DNA of 62,751 nt, filler included, from Basidiobolus meristosporus CBS 931.73 (taxonomy: Eukaryota; Fungi; Basidiobolomycota), in assembly GCA_002104905.1 (NCBI GenBank). It is 4 parts of 4 records of this genome, joined end to end, with 100 filler letters (N's around TTAATTAATTAA, not from the genome) between each part and the next. Parts side by side here need not be neighbours in the genome. Positions count along the whole stretch, not along the records: positions 59,285 to 62,751 come from MCFE01001366.1; 3 more parts are not named here. The stretch is one strand, 5' to 3'. Below the pieces are notes generated by a model. The model searched no databases. It was not told the DNA's origin and saw only the letters and a program-made list of their open reading frames with translations. Made by a program: the position numbers and the translations under genes. Position 1 is the first letter of the stretch. Each line of letters starts with the position of its first letter. Below are positions 61,445 through 62,751 of the stretch, piece after piece.

Positions 61445-62751
61445 TGTGGTGGTGTATAAGTCCAAGGGAGAGATACGTCCAACACTTCTCAAGTGTTTTG
61501 TGTGTGAGGTGTTCACTGGGTGCAATAACCTCTGGCAAAAGCTTGCTAGGAATACTTGGGTTCTGTCTCTAATCTAATGTGAAGGGGAAAAAAGCCACAA
61601 GCTTGTCAAGGGAAAACTATTGAGCTACAATCCCCAACTTAGTTGGCATCTTAACAAAAGTATGTGCTGGGTTCAGCGTCCTTTGAGATGACAATGTACT
61701 AAAGCTTCCAAAGTCAAAACAACTGTAAACTCCACCAGCAGGGACTTGATAAGAATGCAGCTTTGGTCAATAGTTACAAAGACAGAAAAGTATCTTTGCC
61801 TGTACAAGAACAAACTTGGGAAATAATCAAATATAACAAAAGATACCTACTCTGAGTATTCCTCACAAGTAGTGCCTCCAAGGTCAGTTGGCTGTCAGCA
61901 TGGTTTCCTGGGAGTGTCCTGTGGTCTGGGGTTGGAAGTTCAGGTAGCAGCAGGTAGCAGTGATCACACTAATCAATAAGTCGGTATATTGATAAAAGGG
62001 ATGATGATTTATTGTTGAGGGATAGCCTCCCTTATATACTTTTCTTACTGGCTAAGTGATTACTAATCATGGTGTTCCAGAAGGTTCCGGATATCAATAG
62101 AAATCTTAATGACATCAGAATGACCTAAGTATGTTCTAAGTAGGTGCCGGAAGGTTCTAAGAGGCACAGCACATCCAACCAATCAGGAATCAGTATTCTG
62201 AAACCTGTGTAACATGGGGATACCATATATGGTATGGAAATGGTAGGGATGGTGACACGGGTTGATCATGTGTCACGGGTACTGGCGCGGGTACTTGCCT
62301 AATATAGAAGCACTTGTAACTAGTAATCTTACATAAAGTGAGGGGTAACTTATGCAATAAGGTAAGCAGGTGTGATAGTCAACCGGCTTATGGGATAGTA
62401 CTGATTGGGTAAGACAAATAGGATAAAACTAAAATGAGTGTAGTAGGGATATAGGGAAGTAGAAAATAAGGGAATGAGCACATCTGTCAGTGGGTGTCAC
62501 TGTCACCCCACTACATCCACCCCCCTCTCAGCTTTGAACTTGGGTCAAAGCAAACTAATCTTGATGTGCAAAATTCCTATGCTTGAATAACTTAAGTGCG
62601 TTTCCAGCAACTGGTGCTCTCAACTGGGTGTTGTCAAGCTCAGATATGTAATAACTTCCATTCCAATCACTTTGGAAATGAGGTAGGGGCCAGTCCATTT
62701 GTTGTCAAACTTCCGACTCCATTGCTTGTCCAAGGTAGAATTGTAGAGTAA
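61445..62751 (-). mobile_element. Family-C element 3' end: LTR 61445-62515 (1071 bp), PPT 62516-62531 and integrase C-terminus
   Basis: PPT ctgagaggggggtgga. Translation LLYNSTLDKQWSRKFDNKWTGPYLISKVI...SYYISELDNTQLRAPVAGNALKLF (one frameshift). Confidence 0.93.

Overview
Eukaryotic, almost certainly fungal, nuclear DNA. Evidence: short GT-AG introns with CTRAY branch points, Ty1/copia and Ty3/gypsy LTR elements, a fungal-type nad1 NUMT and a fungal protoglobin-like gene. All six Trp codons in the NUMT are TGG, which fits an early-diverging lineage (inference only). The window is four contigs joined by artificial 100-bp N/TTAATTAATTAA/N linkers (29343-29442, 45481-45580, 59185-59284), so adjacency across the gaps is not guaranteed. 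Contigs 1, 2 and 4 are a nested, strongly CpG-depleted transposon graveyard. It holds about 12 copies of a ~350-bp copia LTR, including one complete copia element (30642-36134, TSD ATGCT); a near-complete gypsy element (24384-29342); a 1071-bp-LTR gypsy family with 4-bp TSDs; several CACTA/CMC relics; a DDE_Tnp_4 transposase pseudogene; and a mitochondrial nad1 insertion. Contig 3 is CpG-normal and gene-rich. It has a tandemly duplicated [protoglobin-like + CNT nucleoside transporter] unit and two ABCA-family genes head-to-head with 272 bp between their ATGs. Best leads: (1) a possible split or heterodimeric ABCA pair on a bidirectional promoter; (2) a gypsy family whose target-site duplications are centred on CpG in DNA where CpG is rare; (3) concerted evolution of the CNT duplicates, one carrying a +1 frameshift but no amino-acid changes. 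All comparisons were made by eye and no database searches were run. Family letters (A-G) are my own labels.
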